Source of the DNA: Flectonema sp. DT1601
Lineage: Eukaryota
Reading direction: 5' to 3'
Assembly (NCBI GenBank): GCA_964019425.1
Contig: OZ025798.1
Span: 930,001-994,000, forward strand
Length of the DNA: 64,000 nucleotides
Below are positions 1 to 11,093 of the stretch, piece after piece. A model generated the notes under the pieces. That model saw only the letters and a program-made list of their open reading frames with translations. It made no database searches and was not told where the DNA came from. The translations under genes were made by a program, and so were the position numbers. Every line of letters begins with the position of its first letter. Position 1 is the stretch's first letter.

Positions 1-996
1 CTCTGACTTGCTTATTCAGGGAGGTGAATGATCCGGTGTCGAGATGTGAGTTAGACCAAAGTAAGAAAAGACATCTTTTTGGTCACCTCTGACTTGCTTA
101 TTCAGGGAGGTGAATGATCCGGTGTCGAGATGCGAGTTAGACCAAAGTAAGAAAAGACATCTTTTTGGTCACCTCTGACTTGCTTATTCAGGGAGGTGAA
201 TGATCCGGTGTCGAGATGCGAGTTAGACCAAAGTAAGAAAAGACATCTTTTTGGTCACCTCTGACTTGCTTATTCAGGGAGGTGAATGATCCGGTGTCGA
301 GATGCGCGTTAGACCAAAGTAAGAAAAGACATCTTTTTGGTCACCTCTGACTTGCTTATTCAGGGAGGTGAATGATCCGGTGTCGAGATGCGAGTTAGAC
401 CAAAGTAAGAAAAGACATCTTTTTGGTCACCTCTGACTTGCTTATTCAGGGAGGTGAATGATCCGGTGTCGAGATGCGCGTTAGACCAAAGTAAGAAAAG
501 ACATCTTTTTGGTCACCTCTGACTTGCTTATTCAGGGAGGTGAATGATCCGGTGTCGAGATGCGAGTTAGACCAAAGTAAGAAAAGACATCTTTTTGGTC
601 ACCTCTGACTTGCTTATTCAGGGAGGTGAATGATCCGGTGTCGAGATGCGCGTTAGACCAAAGTAAGAAAAGACATCTTTTTGGTCACCTCTGACTTGCT
701 TATTCAGGGAGGTGAATGATCCGGTGTCGAGATGCGAGTTAGACCAAAGTAAGAAAAGACATCTTTTTGGTCACCTCTGACTTGCTTATTCAGGGAGGTG
801 AATGATCCGGTGTCGAGATGCGCGTTAGACCAAAGTAAGAAAAGACATCTTTTTGGTCACCTCTGACTTGCTTATTCAGGGAGGTGAATGATCCGGTGTC
901 GAGATGCGAGTTAGACCAAAGTAAGAAAAGACATCTTTTTGGTCACCTCTGACTTGCTTATTCAGGGAGGTGAATGATCCGGTGTCGAGATGTGAG
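1..996. repeat. 86-bp tandem repeat array, ~11.6 near-identical copies, truncated by the window start
   Basis: Unit ctctgacttgcttattcagggaggtgaatgatccggtgtcgagatg(c/t)g(a/c)gttagaccaaagtaagaaaagacatctttttggtcac restarts at 1, 87, 173, 259 ... 947. No spacers; stops in all frames; ends in a poly-T tract at ~999. Confidence 0.97.
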
Positions 997-1129
997 ATCT
1001 TTTTTTTTTTTTTTGGCAACCCTTGTTTTGTGGTTTGTCTTTGTTTGAAAGTTCGAGTAAAAACATCAGTAGTTCAGCAATGATCCCAAATTAAATATTC
1101 CTTAACAAAAATAAAACAAATCAAAACAG

Positions 1130-1241
1130 ATGTCTCCGCGTAGATCATCTCTCCCTCAATATCACTTCTAATTCAGGAAGAACTGCTGCTGTTGAAAGAA
1201 GCTGGAGAACCGATTATCTCACTTTGCAATTTGTGAAATAA
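1130..1241 (+). CDS. Probable terminal exon of an upstream gene that starts outside the window
   Basis: A/C-rich acceptor aaaataaaacaaatcaaaacAG (AG 1128-1129), like all cis-intron acceptors here, followed by an open frame CLRVDHLSLNITSNSGRTAAVERSWRTDYLTLQFVK-TAA. Confidence 0.5.
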
Positions 1242-1451
1242 GCAGTAAATATATTGTAATTCTTATTTTTTTTAAGAATCGAATCGAATTTAGAATCCAT
1301 ATTTTAGTAGAAAATGAAGAAAGAAATAAAAACAACTGAAATTGTACCCAAAAAAAAATAAAATAAATAAATAAATGTAGTAACGTACTTACTTAATACT
1401 GTATTATTTTATTGTTTTGTTTTATTTTGTTATCAGTCGTCGTATTCACAA

Positions 1452-3836
1452 ATGATAACGTCAGCTGATGAGCAGTTTCGAGTTATTGAAAAAGCGGAAC
1501 TGACGAATATCGTGGAGTTGCAAAGAAAGAAATTAGAAAATGCTGAAATAAAAATTTATGAAGACAAAAAAGAATTAGAAAAATTAAAAGAAATGTTAGT
1601 AGAGAGCGTTAGAGTTAGTGAACACAGAGGAGAAACAATTAATGAGATGAAAGATGTAATTCAAGAACGCGATGATACGATTCGATTTCTTAGAGAGTCT
1701 GCTAACAGCCTTAGCGATCAAAGTCCTGACTTATCAGAAACACCCGAATATATAACTGCTCTTCGAACAATAGCAAAATTAGAATTCACCGTTACACAAC
1801 TTCGTCAGAGTCAATTTGATAGCGAGCAACAGCTGTCAACAGAGCGTGATGCTCACTCCGAGAAAACTCACCATCTGGAAGCTGCTAATAAAGAATTAAT
1901 ATCAATAGTTGAGCAGTTAAAACAACAAAAGACAATACAATTTGAAAACATCCCGACTGAGGTTAATAAACTACCCCACAATAATCATACACAGAATAGT
2001 TTTCAGGGGATTGAATCAGACTTCCAAAGAGCTTTACATTCTAATAAACAAAAGCAAACCATCAATCTCATGAATGACAACAGCTGTGGTGGAGGTGCTA
2101 CTGATGATTTTGATCTACTTCATGAAACAACACTTGCTAGAAATAGAATAGAACTTCAAAGTATGGTAACAAGCAACAAGATGTCACTCGATATGTCAAA
2201 CAGAAAAGTATCAGAACTATCAACCCTCCTCAAACAAAGTGAATGTAAACGACATGAATTAGAAAATGAAATGTTCATCGCGAATAGCAAGATTGAAACT
2301 CACACAGATCTTCTTCAAGAGGTTGACGCAATGCGAACAGCTCACAGTACGATGTCTGAAACAACTTTTAAATCACTCAGTAGAGGTGCTCCTGTTACGG
2401 AATTAGTTCAGAGTTTAGGAGACGTTGCTCGTTCTATTTATGAATTAGATTCTGAAGCAATTCAACAGTCGTGTACATCAATTCAGAAAAGTACATCTTT
2501 ACAAAAATTGATAAGACATCAATACGACAGAACTCGAAGACTATTTGATGAGATGACTTCAGATCATTCCAATGAAGATAACGTCGCCCCTCAACTCCTC
2601 GATGAGAACATTGAGCTGACAAGTACAATAGGAACTCTTCAACTTCGTATCACATCATTACTACAACAACTCGATCACAAGGATTTACTACAAAACTCCC
2701 TCCAACAAGAAATTCAAGCCACAAAGACAATGATTAACACGTCGGAAGATGATCAGCCTTTCTTAGTATTTATTGATGTTTTGAAAGATATTATTAGTGC
2801 ACATCGACAGCTGGCGGCTGAGCAGAACTTGAGAATTCAACATCAAACAGCAACAATTGAAAATATGGAACAAACAATTGGATGTATACCAGACGCTCCA
2901 CTTACCATAACTGAAATAGCTCCTTGTGAGAGCTGTTTTACAAACACTGTGTGTATAAGTAATTTGGAAGATGAGAATTCGTCTCTCAAATTGGAAATTG
3001 GGGATCTGAACAATGATATTAAAAACTTAAAGAATCAACACCAAGCGATTACAATTCCAACTCGAACAATAGTTTCTTATCCCGAAATGAAGTTCCCACA
3101 GCTACCGCCGGTAGAGACGATCACACAGCAACAATTCCTTTATGGTGATGGTGTGTCTAATGAGTGTCTCGCATGTCAACAGAAAAGTATTATTATAAGT
3201 GACTTACAGCAGCATGTCGATATCTTAAAAAGATCTCCCTCACAGTTCGATCAGAATAGCATCGAAGAGGCTTCTGAATTACAAAAGAAATTGCAGTCGG
3301 TGATGACGGAGAAAAGTTTGTTATCAGAGAAATGGGAAACACTTGTGAACGAACATGGCGATACTATGCGATTGACTAAAACAGCTCTTGAGAGTAAAAA
3401 GAGTCAGATTGCCCATTTGAGAGACTTATTAAAGAACTCTTCAAGTCAGAATCAAAACTCTGATGGTGACAGCGAAGTAGCTGAACTACTAAAAGAAACA
3501 CTCTCACAGTGGGGTGTTCAGGTTGACAACCCTGATGCAAAAACTCTAGCTAAAGCTATTCACACTCTTCCTGTACCAGCAATTCGTGATGCCGTATCCC
3601 ACTTAGCGAAGTGTATGTACATTCCTTGTACTGATGACGCCACGATTGATGGCATTGTGAAAACTATAACTCGCTGTAAGAATAAAGCAGAAAAACAACA
3701 AAATTCCCTCATTAATGAGAAAGAAAAACGAAGGTCTTCAATAACCGAAGTCACAACCATAAAGGACAGAATTCGTGAACTAGAAATATGCGAGGCTGTA
3801 AGCAGGAGAGGGTCATTAGCTTACAGTGTGATATGA
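1452..3836 (+). CDS. Long coiled-coil protein, 794 aa, unknown function
   Basis: Uninterrupted ORF rich in E/K/Q/L heptads; T-rich tract plus AG at 1435-1436 just upstream of the ATG. Confidence 0.85.
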   Translation: MITSADEQFRVIEKAELTNIVELQRKKLENAEIKIYEDKKELEKLKEMLVESVRVSEHRGETINEMKDVIQERDDTIRFLRESANSLSDQSPDLSETPEYITALRTIAKLEFTVTQLRQSQFDSEQQLSTERDAHSEKTHHLEAANKELISIVEQLKQQKTIQFENIPTEVNKLPHNNHTQNSFQGIESDFQRALHSNKQKQTINLMNDNSCGGGATDDFDLLHETTLARNRIELQSMVTSNKMSLDMSNRKVSELSTLLKQSECKRHELENEMFIANSKIETHTDLLQEVDAMRTAHSTMSETTFKSLSRGAPVTELVQSLGDVARSIYELDSEAIQQSCTSIQKSTSLQKLIRHQYDRTRRLFDEMTSDHSNEDNVAPQLLDENIELTSTIGTLQLRITSLLQQLDHKDLLQNSLQQEIQATKTMINTSEDDQPFLVFIDVLKDIISAHRQLAAEQNLRIQHQTATIENMEQTIGCIPDAPLTITEIAPCESCFTNTVCISNLEDENSSLKLEIGDLNNDIKNLKNQHQAITIPTRTIVSYPEMKFPQLPPVETITQQQFLYGDGVSNECLACQQKSIIISDLQQHVDILKRSPSQFDQNSIEEASELQKKLQSVMTEKSLLSEKWETLVNEHGDTMRLTKTALESKKSQIAHLRDLLKNSSSQNQNSDGDSEVAELLKETLSQWGVQVDNPDAKTLAKAIHTLPVPAIRDAVSHLAKCMYIPCTDDATIDGIVKTITRCKNKAEKQQNSLINEKEKRRSSITEVTTIKDRIRELEICEAVSRRGSLAYSVI

Positions 3837-3972
3837 TCACTGTGTCCGACATTTACACTAGGAAAGAAAATATTATTTATTGTTGTTGGGTTTATATTGC
3901 TCTGGTTTTTTTTGATTTTATATTTCACTCCCCTCTCAGCATCACTCACACGCACAAAAAAAACTTTTAAAA

Positions 3973-4863
3973 ATGGGAAGAGACGTTACCGCAATCAAGA
4001 AGCACCACGCCAAGCGTACCTCACCTTCATCAACCAACCCGTACATCTACTTGTTGGTTAAGATCTTCAGATTCTTGGCCAGACGTGCAGCATGCCCATT
4101 TAACAAGGTACGTTATCTTATTATTCATTCTCTAAGGAATTGAGTTAATTAAATCTGTTGTCTTTTTTAGTTATCATTTCATCAACTTGATGAGTAAACA
4201 AATACCAACACAGACCGTTCTTCACCGTCTTATGATGAGCCGTACCAACCTCCCACCAATGACCCTTTCCAAGATCACCAGCTTGATGACTGGTAAGGAA
4301 AGAAAAGACAAGATCGCTGTCGTTGTTGGAGCCGTCACTGACGACACTCGTCTTGCTGAGGTCCCAAAGTTGAGAGTTGCCGCCCTCAAGTTCACCGAGA
4401 CTGCCCGTGCCCGTATCCTTAAGGCCGGAGGAGAAGTTATGACCCTTGACCAGTTGGCCATGATCGCCCCAAAGGTATGTAAACTATTCTTTTTTATTTG
4501 TAGTTCAGGAGTCCTATGGATACAACAACAACAACAACAACAACTTCAATAACAACAACAGGGATCCAACACCGTCCTTCTTCGTGGACGTAGATCCGCC
4601 AGAACCGTGTACAAGTACTTTGGAGCTCCGGGTGTTCCAGGATGCCACGCACGTCCATACATCCCATCGACCACCAAGACTGGACGCAAGCACGAGCGTG
4701 CCAGAGGAAGAAGGTATGTCGTACATTAGATTTATTTCTCTTACGAAGTTTTATGTTGGACCTCATCACGGAGGGGTGTCTGTAATCCAATGCTTTCTCT
4801 ATCAACCACAACACTAACCACCACCAAAACAGAGCCGGAAAGGCATGGAAGGTTGCCGCATAA
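3973..4863 (+). CDS. RPL18: 60S ribosomal protein eL18, copy 1 (4 exons, 192 aa)
   Basis: Exons 3973-4107, 4214-4474, 4562-4713, 4833-4863 with GT-AG introns. Spliced product [12 protein letters not shown]...[19 protein letters not shown]...[13 protein letters not shown]...[13 protein letters not shown]...LLRGRRSAR...KHERARGRR matches eL18 motifs. Confidence 0.97.
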
Positions 4864-5049
4864 GCACCCTACTGTTGGGCGTTTTCGCTGGGATAATTTT
4901 TTGTGCATTGTGAGGTGGCTTTTTGTAGCCCCCGTTATCAGTTCATACATCAGATGGGGATTTAATAAAAGTCAGTAATTGCGTCAGTTTAGTACAAGAA
5001 ACACTATTAACATATTTCTACAGATCTCAGTACTCACATATGCAGGAGG

Positions 5050-5612
5050 GAATAGTATAGTTTCTGTTCTATTTTTGTACCGACGTAGTCGGAGAAGAAG
5101 CTATTCAGATCTTATGAGTCTTTCTATTTCTGGATCCCTTACTGATAAGGTGGTTTGTTCCCTTTACTTATAGTCTGGTATGGTTTGCCTCGCGTCCTTC
5201 AGAATTTCTCCGAAGATTCTTGTTGCAAGTTTTTGAACTGTCGCTGTTTTACTAATATCTCTGAGTAGTCATCCCGCTTTACGCATTTCCATTTCCATTG
5301 CCACATCGTTCGATTGTGGTTTGATTTTCTTCAAGTGTATGTTTTCAATCTTTACACTTATTGGAAGATGGTCACTACTCCATCCATTTAGCAGTCCTGT
5401 GTTTGCCATCATTGAATTATCCAGAGCAATAATATCTGGGGAGGAGCAATAATATCTGGGGAGGATGAGCTCAATGGTCTCATCTACTGGGACTTATTTA
5501 ATACTTCGATGGCAGCTTCTAATGACCTGCTGAGTACGTCTTTCCATTTGACCAGGTCTCATGAAGTCTGTTGATATTACCTGCTACCAGTGTTCCTGGC
5601 TCTGTTGGTATC
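5050..5612 (-). mobile_element. Decayed non-LTR retrotransposon fragment (AP-endonuclease C-terminal half plus linker)
   Basis: Minus-strand translation through stops and frameshifts gives, in order, IPTEPGTLVAGNINRLHETWS (GDxN-xH-xxW), EVLN, SSPDI, WSSDHLPI (5359-5376), then WQWKWK..., FGEILKDARQTIP and DPEIERLIR. This is the motif order of LINE APE domains and the following linker. Confidence 0.75.
5424..5463. repeat. 20-bp perfect tandem duplication inside the retroelement relic
   Basis: gagcaataatatctggggag twice (5424-5443, 5444-5463); frameshifts the SPDI motif. Confidence 0.95.
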
Positions 5613-5664
5613 TAATCATGGTTTTTTTCCCCCTTTTATGTTTTCTTTTTTTTTTCTAAGCGTA

Positions 5665-5759
5665 GTTTTTCTTTGATTACCAACTACACATGATATTAAT
5701 TTTGTTTTTAATATCTAAAGTTGTTACTGTTTTTACATTGTCAAAGTTTTACCCCCCTG
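5665..5759 (+). repeat. Dispersed ~100-bp repeat, copy A
   Basis: ttttctttgattaccaactaca...atattaattttgtt...tttaatatctaaagttgttactgtttttacattgtcaaagttt.accccc(c)tg recurs at ~35722-35838; about 43 nt of core are identical. Confidence 0.9.
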
Positions 5760-6610
5760 CGACAGGATTCTGTCTGCGTTCAACGAAGTATAAAGCTAAT
5801 CTGAATAGTTCCCTTTACATATTAGACGTATTAAAAAGGAATCAGAGATTAACTAAAGTCCTATGGTACTCCTGAGGGTTTCGACATCCCATGTTTTTAT
5901 TTTTTTTATTTGATCCGATTAATAGGAACCGCAAGAAAAGCACATTGGATTAGGAGGCATTCGTGCTTTCCGACGCTATCATATCCCCAGAGGTCTGCAG
6001 CGCAATATCCGGCCTTTTGGAAATTAAGGATAGAAACGACATCTTTAGATGATGTCACCCAAGATCTTGGAATCCCCAACTCTGGCGGGGTCGTATGAGA
6101 TCAGCGGGAATGAGTAGGGTGAACGTGTGTCAAAGGGATTGCCTCATATTTGCCCAACATAAACAATAACGTGTCGAGGGAGAACAGACCTCTCTGTTGC
6201 TTCTGTGAGGGAAGTGCTGATGAAAAGATTGAGGCTCTTCCGAGTTATCGACAGATATCTCGAAGAGGACTGGAGGAATGTCGACTTGTTTCAAGTGCCT
6301 CTCGAGTATGAGGGATGGCAACTTCCGGACAGGTGAAAGTACAAGTGCGGGAAGGTTAGAAAACAACTAGAACTAAGCTTGATTCCCAGTGGGATAGACC
6401 AACGGACACGCTCGGAACAAACATGGAATTCCTTCATTCTCCGACAGGTGCAAACCGTGTAGTGTGACCCTTGCAACAGAACTACGAAAAGGTATCGAGG
6501 CTGCTGACTCAGTCATTAATGTGCCGGCCCTCATTTCACTTGTGTTGTTTTTCATTTTAACTCTTGTTCTCCCCGACAGACTCTTTGTTTTTTAAACCTT
6601 TTCTACTAAA

Positions 6611-7560
6611 ATGGGAAGAGACGTTACCGCAATCAAGAAGCACCACGCCAAGCGTACCTCACCTTCATCAACCAACCCGTACATCTACTTGTTGGTTAAG
6701 ATCTTCAGATTCTTGGCCAGACGTGCAGCATGCCCATTTAACAAGGTACGTTATCTTATTATTCGTATTCTCTAAGGAATTGAGTTAATTAAATCTGTTG
6801 TCTTTTTTAGTTATCATTTCATCAACTTGATGAGTAAACAAATACCAACACAGACCGTTCTTCACCGTCTTATGATGAGCCGTACCAACCTCCCACCAAT
6901 GACCCTTTCCAAGATCACCAGCTTGATGACTGGTAAGGAAAGAAAAGACAAGATCGCTGTCGTTGTTGGAGCCGTCACTGACGACACTCGTCTTGCTGAG
7001 GTCCCAAAGTTGAGAGTTGCCGCCCTCAAGTTCACCGAGACTGCCCGTGCCCGTATCCTTAAGGCCGGAGGAGAAGTTATGACCCTTGACCAGTTGGCCA
7101 TGATCGCCCCAAAGGTATGTTATAATTAAGAACTACTCGTTAACTATTCTTTTTATATAATGGGGGTTTGCAGCAGTCCTGTTCAGAAGAAGTAATAAAC
7201 AACTTCAATAACAACAACAGGGATCCAACACCGTCCTTCTTCGTGGACGTAGATCCGCCAGAACCGTGTACAAGTACTTTGGAGCTCCGGGTGTTCCAGG
7301 ATGCCACGCACGTCCATACATCCCATCGACCACCAAGACTGGACGCAAGCACGAGCGTGCCAGAGGAAGAAGGTATGCATCTTGTGTTAGTTTAGTGAGT
7401 GGTAGCAATCATTATCAAGTCTTCGACATATTTACTGCTCACATCATCACTGGCCTTGCAGAACATTTCTGTTGGGTACGAGTTATTCGCATCAAATATT
7501 TATACAAAACAACAACAATAACAAAACAGAGCCGGAAAGGCCTGGAAGGTTGCCGCATAA
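6611..7560 (+). CDS. RPL18: 60S ribosomal protein eL18, copy 2 (4 exons, 192 aa)
   Basis: Exons 6611-6745, 6854-7114, 7221-7372, 7530-7560. Same protein as copy 1; introns 2 and 3 differ in sequence. Confidence 0.97.
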
Positions 7561-7734
7561 GCGCCTTGCAGCAGATGAACGTCTTGTCGGTCCATTTTAT
7601 CATTTTGTTGCTTTCTGCAATCACATTATTGCATTGTTAGCGTAATATATGTCGTGTGTGATGAGTTGCTTTGTTTCTAATTTATTTCCACCCCTTCCAG
7701 CCTTCTTAGTGTTCGCAGACAAAACCTTAACAAA

Positions 7735-8626
7735 ATGGGAAGAGACGTTACCGCAATCAAGAAGCACCACGCCAAGCGTACCTCACCTTCATCAACCAAC
7801 CCGTACATCTACTTGTTGGTTAAGATCTTCAGATTCTTGGCCAGACGTGCAGCATGCCCATTTAACAAGGTACGTTATCTTATTATTCGTATTCTCTAAG
7901 GAATTGAGTTAATTAAATCTGTTGTCTTTTTTAGTTATCATTTCATCAACTTGATGAGTAAACAAATACCAACACAGACCGTTCTTCACCGTCTTATGAT
8001 GAGCCGTACCAACCTCCCACCAATGACCCTTTCCAAGATCACCAGCTTGATGACTGGTAAGGAAAGAAAAGACAAGATCGCTGTCGTTGTTGGAGCCGTC
8101 ACTGACGACACTCGTCTTGCTGAGGTCCCAAAGTTGAGAGTTGCCGCCCTCAAGTTCACCGAGACTGCCCGTGCCCGTATCCTTAAGGCCGGAGGAGAAG
8201 TTATGACCCTTGACCAGTTGGCCATGATCGCCCCAAAGGTATGTAAACTATTCTTTTTTATTTGTAGTTCAGGAGTCCTATGGATACAACAACAACAACA
8301 ACAACAACTTCAATAACAACAACAGGGATCCAACACCGTCCTTCTTCGTGGACGTAGATCCGCCAGAACCGTGTACAAGTACTTTGGAGCTCCGGGTGTT
8401 CCAGGATGCCACGCACGTCCATACATCCCATCGACCACCAAGACTGGACGCAAGCACGAGCGTGCCAGAGGAAGAAGGTATGTCGTACATTAGATTTATT
8501 TCTCTTACGAAGTTTTATGTTGGACCTCATCACGAAGGGTGTCTGTAATCGAATGCTTTCTCTATCAACCACAACACTAACCACCACCAAAACAGAGCCG
8601 GAAAGGCATGGAAGGTTGCCGCATAA
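7735..8626 (+). CDS. RPL18: 60S ribosomal protein eL18, copy 3 (4 exons, 192 aa)
   Basis: Exons 7735-7869, 7978-8238, 8326-8477, 8596-8626. Same protein as copies 1 and 2. Confidence 0.97.
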
Positions 8627-8980
8627 AGTGTGTGAGCTCATTCAGCTATCAATTTATCATCAAGTTATATACTTGCTCGTTATGTTTAGTATTAGCGAAA
8701 TAAGTCTGCGCCCCACCCCCCACGCCGTTCATTCATTTTTTGGTACCATGGTTTGGTAGTCATAATGGGAAAGTTATTCAGTCTTTTAGTTGTAATTGAT
8801 ATTTGTTATAGGAATCACACTAGGAATGGTCTCGTTGAAGTTTTTAGTATCAGCAACTCGTATTCACTCATAATTAATGTTACCCTTTCCCCATCAGACT
8901 CGTAGCTTGCCACAGATTAAATTGCTGCGTAATCAATCATAACGTGACATCTGAGAAGTGGCATTGCTCCGGCAGAGGAG

Positions 8981-10810
8981 ATGTGTGACAACACAACAAG
9001 TGAGGAAGACTGGGAACAGCCAAAAGACATGTACGCTTGTCTACTGACTGAGGATGAATCAGAACGAGCATCAGCTATTGATCACATAGTCACAACTTTA
9101 AAAGACATCACGACAGCAGCTTTAAGAGGTGGTAATAATAAAGTTCTTGAGTTTGTTGCTACCCACGGAGCGTTGATCCTTCAATATTCTAAACAATGTC
9201 CGTTTAGAGATATCACTGAAGCCTTTTCAGAATTACTGACTTGGTTGAGAGGAACCTGCTTACTGGAGATAGAAGCAATGCTGTGCGATGACTCGGATTC
9301 GAACTCGGAATGTTCAGATGATGAACAAGAGAGCAATGCCAAGAAGAATGGCTTTCTTGTAAACGATACGACAATTAGTAAAGGAAATCCAGACACCAGA
9401 AGTGATTCATCTGGTCATAGTCATAGTTCAGGGAAATCACTTCCAAGTCCATGTAGTCAGTTCATTGACGTATCTGAATTAGATCCTCTGCTCACTACTG
9501 AACCAGTTATTCAAAAACTATTTCAAGCCTCCTTCATCTCTGAGGGTGAAGTTCCAAACTGGATTCGAATCGCGTCTCTCAAACCAGAAGTCGCTACGAA
9601 GATTCATCGAACATGGACTACGATGTTGTCAATGGGACCCCTTCCTGAGACACATCGCTGGTACATTGCTAAAATGACAGCGACTCTCTGTAAGTCCGAA
9701 TACTGGATTACGAGAACAGAAATAGGTCTCTGCCGCGCTGGAGGGTTAGAAACAAACCCAAAGCTTCAGGCATTCTCAGCATTTAATGTTAAGTTAGCCA
9801 CAGCTCCTTGGCAGATTGTTTCTGCTGATTTAAACGAACTGGCAAAGTCTGGTTGGACAGTAAGTGAGATGGTCCAGGGAATAATAATAGCAGCAAGGAT
9901 GTTGGGATTCTGTTCCTTTGGTAAGGGTTCAGGAGTACTATTGGAAGGTGCCAAGTGCCGACCGGGTCCGAGAATGTGTCGACCAGCATCGACTGATGAT
10001 GTGACTGATATGTTATCAGCTCTAAATAGTACAAACTTACCAGAGTGTATTGCTCCAGGTAGTACTCCTGTTGAGACTTTTCACAAACTTGTCGATGATG
10101 AAGACGACTATCTTGGAAGTGATTCGCTTAACGGAAGTGAAGAGAATCTTCCACAACATCATCCAAATGCAAGAAACCAACCACTTGGTTACTTTGATAT
10201 TCGTTTTAAAGGATTTCGACCCAGAGGAGAAGAGAAAACAAGTCCATTCTTACGACTAGCTGACTACAACTGGAAAGACGACGCTTGCTGCGTCGTTGAA
10301 CAACTCAGCAGCGGTGAGTTAGCAAAGCAATTAGACGAAGTATTCGGAACTGTAGTGACTATGACAGATAACGACATCTTCGGTCACGTCACTAACATTG
10401 ACACAAGTAAACTGCGACGTATGGTTTGGTTTTATGTTCACAACTTATACGGAATACAAGCTGACGACATGGAATACAATAATATTAATTCCCTCGTCGG
10501 TATTAAGAAACCTGGTGTCATAGGGCTCAAGAGATATATTAAATTCGTTGGTTGTGAAACAGGAGACGTAACTCACACGGAATACTATTTCGATAACACT
10601 TATACGCAGGTATGAAATATCATTTTTTTTTTTATTCTAAAATTCCCAAAAAATGGGAGGAACTAATTATTCTTAAAAAAATAAAATAAACAGCCATTCT
10701 CGTCTAAAGACAAAGTCCATATTTGTTTACTCGCTTCCGAAGCACGTACACAAGCTGCGCTGATCTACGGGATGAGAGCGATCGGAAGGTACGTCGCAAA
10801 CTCTGGGTAG
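8981..10810 (+). CDS. SESN: Sestrin (PA26 family), 2 exons, ~581 aa
   Basis: Exons 8981-10609 and 10694-10810. Motifs GPLP..R.YIA.M, N.KLA.APW.I, WT.SEMVQ, DY.W.D, DTS.LRR.VW.Y...YGI..DD..Y; exon 2 DKVHICLLASEARTQAALIYGMRAIGRY matches the sestrin C-terminus. Confidence 0.92.
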
Positions 10811-11061
10811 TGCAAGTACCTAATTACGGTTTAGTACTACACAACGGCATGTTGACTTACAGCTATGCGGGTATTCTTGGGAGGGAAGAGTCTTCGTTGT
10901 TCCTTTTCCTTTTATTAATTTTTTTTTGTTATTTTCATTCTCTAAAAAAAAAACTTTTTTTTAAATGAACCTTAAGAACTCGCAGCTGGTTTTTCACACG
11001 TCGCTAAACTGGGAATTGGATTCCCGGGATGGAAGTGTGGAATCTTGCAAATTTCGGGCTT

Positions 11062-11093
<32 letters not shown>

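Noticed and set aside
20..35. Minus-strand ggatcattcacctcc resembling SSU rRNA 3' ends
   Set aside because: Only short word matches with no surrounding rRNA helix 44/45 sequence.
1..996. CRISPR array, SL RNA gene array or coding repeat
   Set aside because: No unique spacers and a eukaryotic context; no match to the euglenozoan spliced-leader exon as I recall it; unit length is not a multiple of 3 and all frames hit stops.
4187..8759. ORF-track proteins such as MMSKQIPTQ... with poly-Q tails and their antisense ORFs
   Set aside because: They are eL18 exons read into introns; the poly-Q is the CAA-rich acceptor tract.
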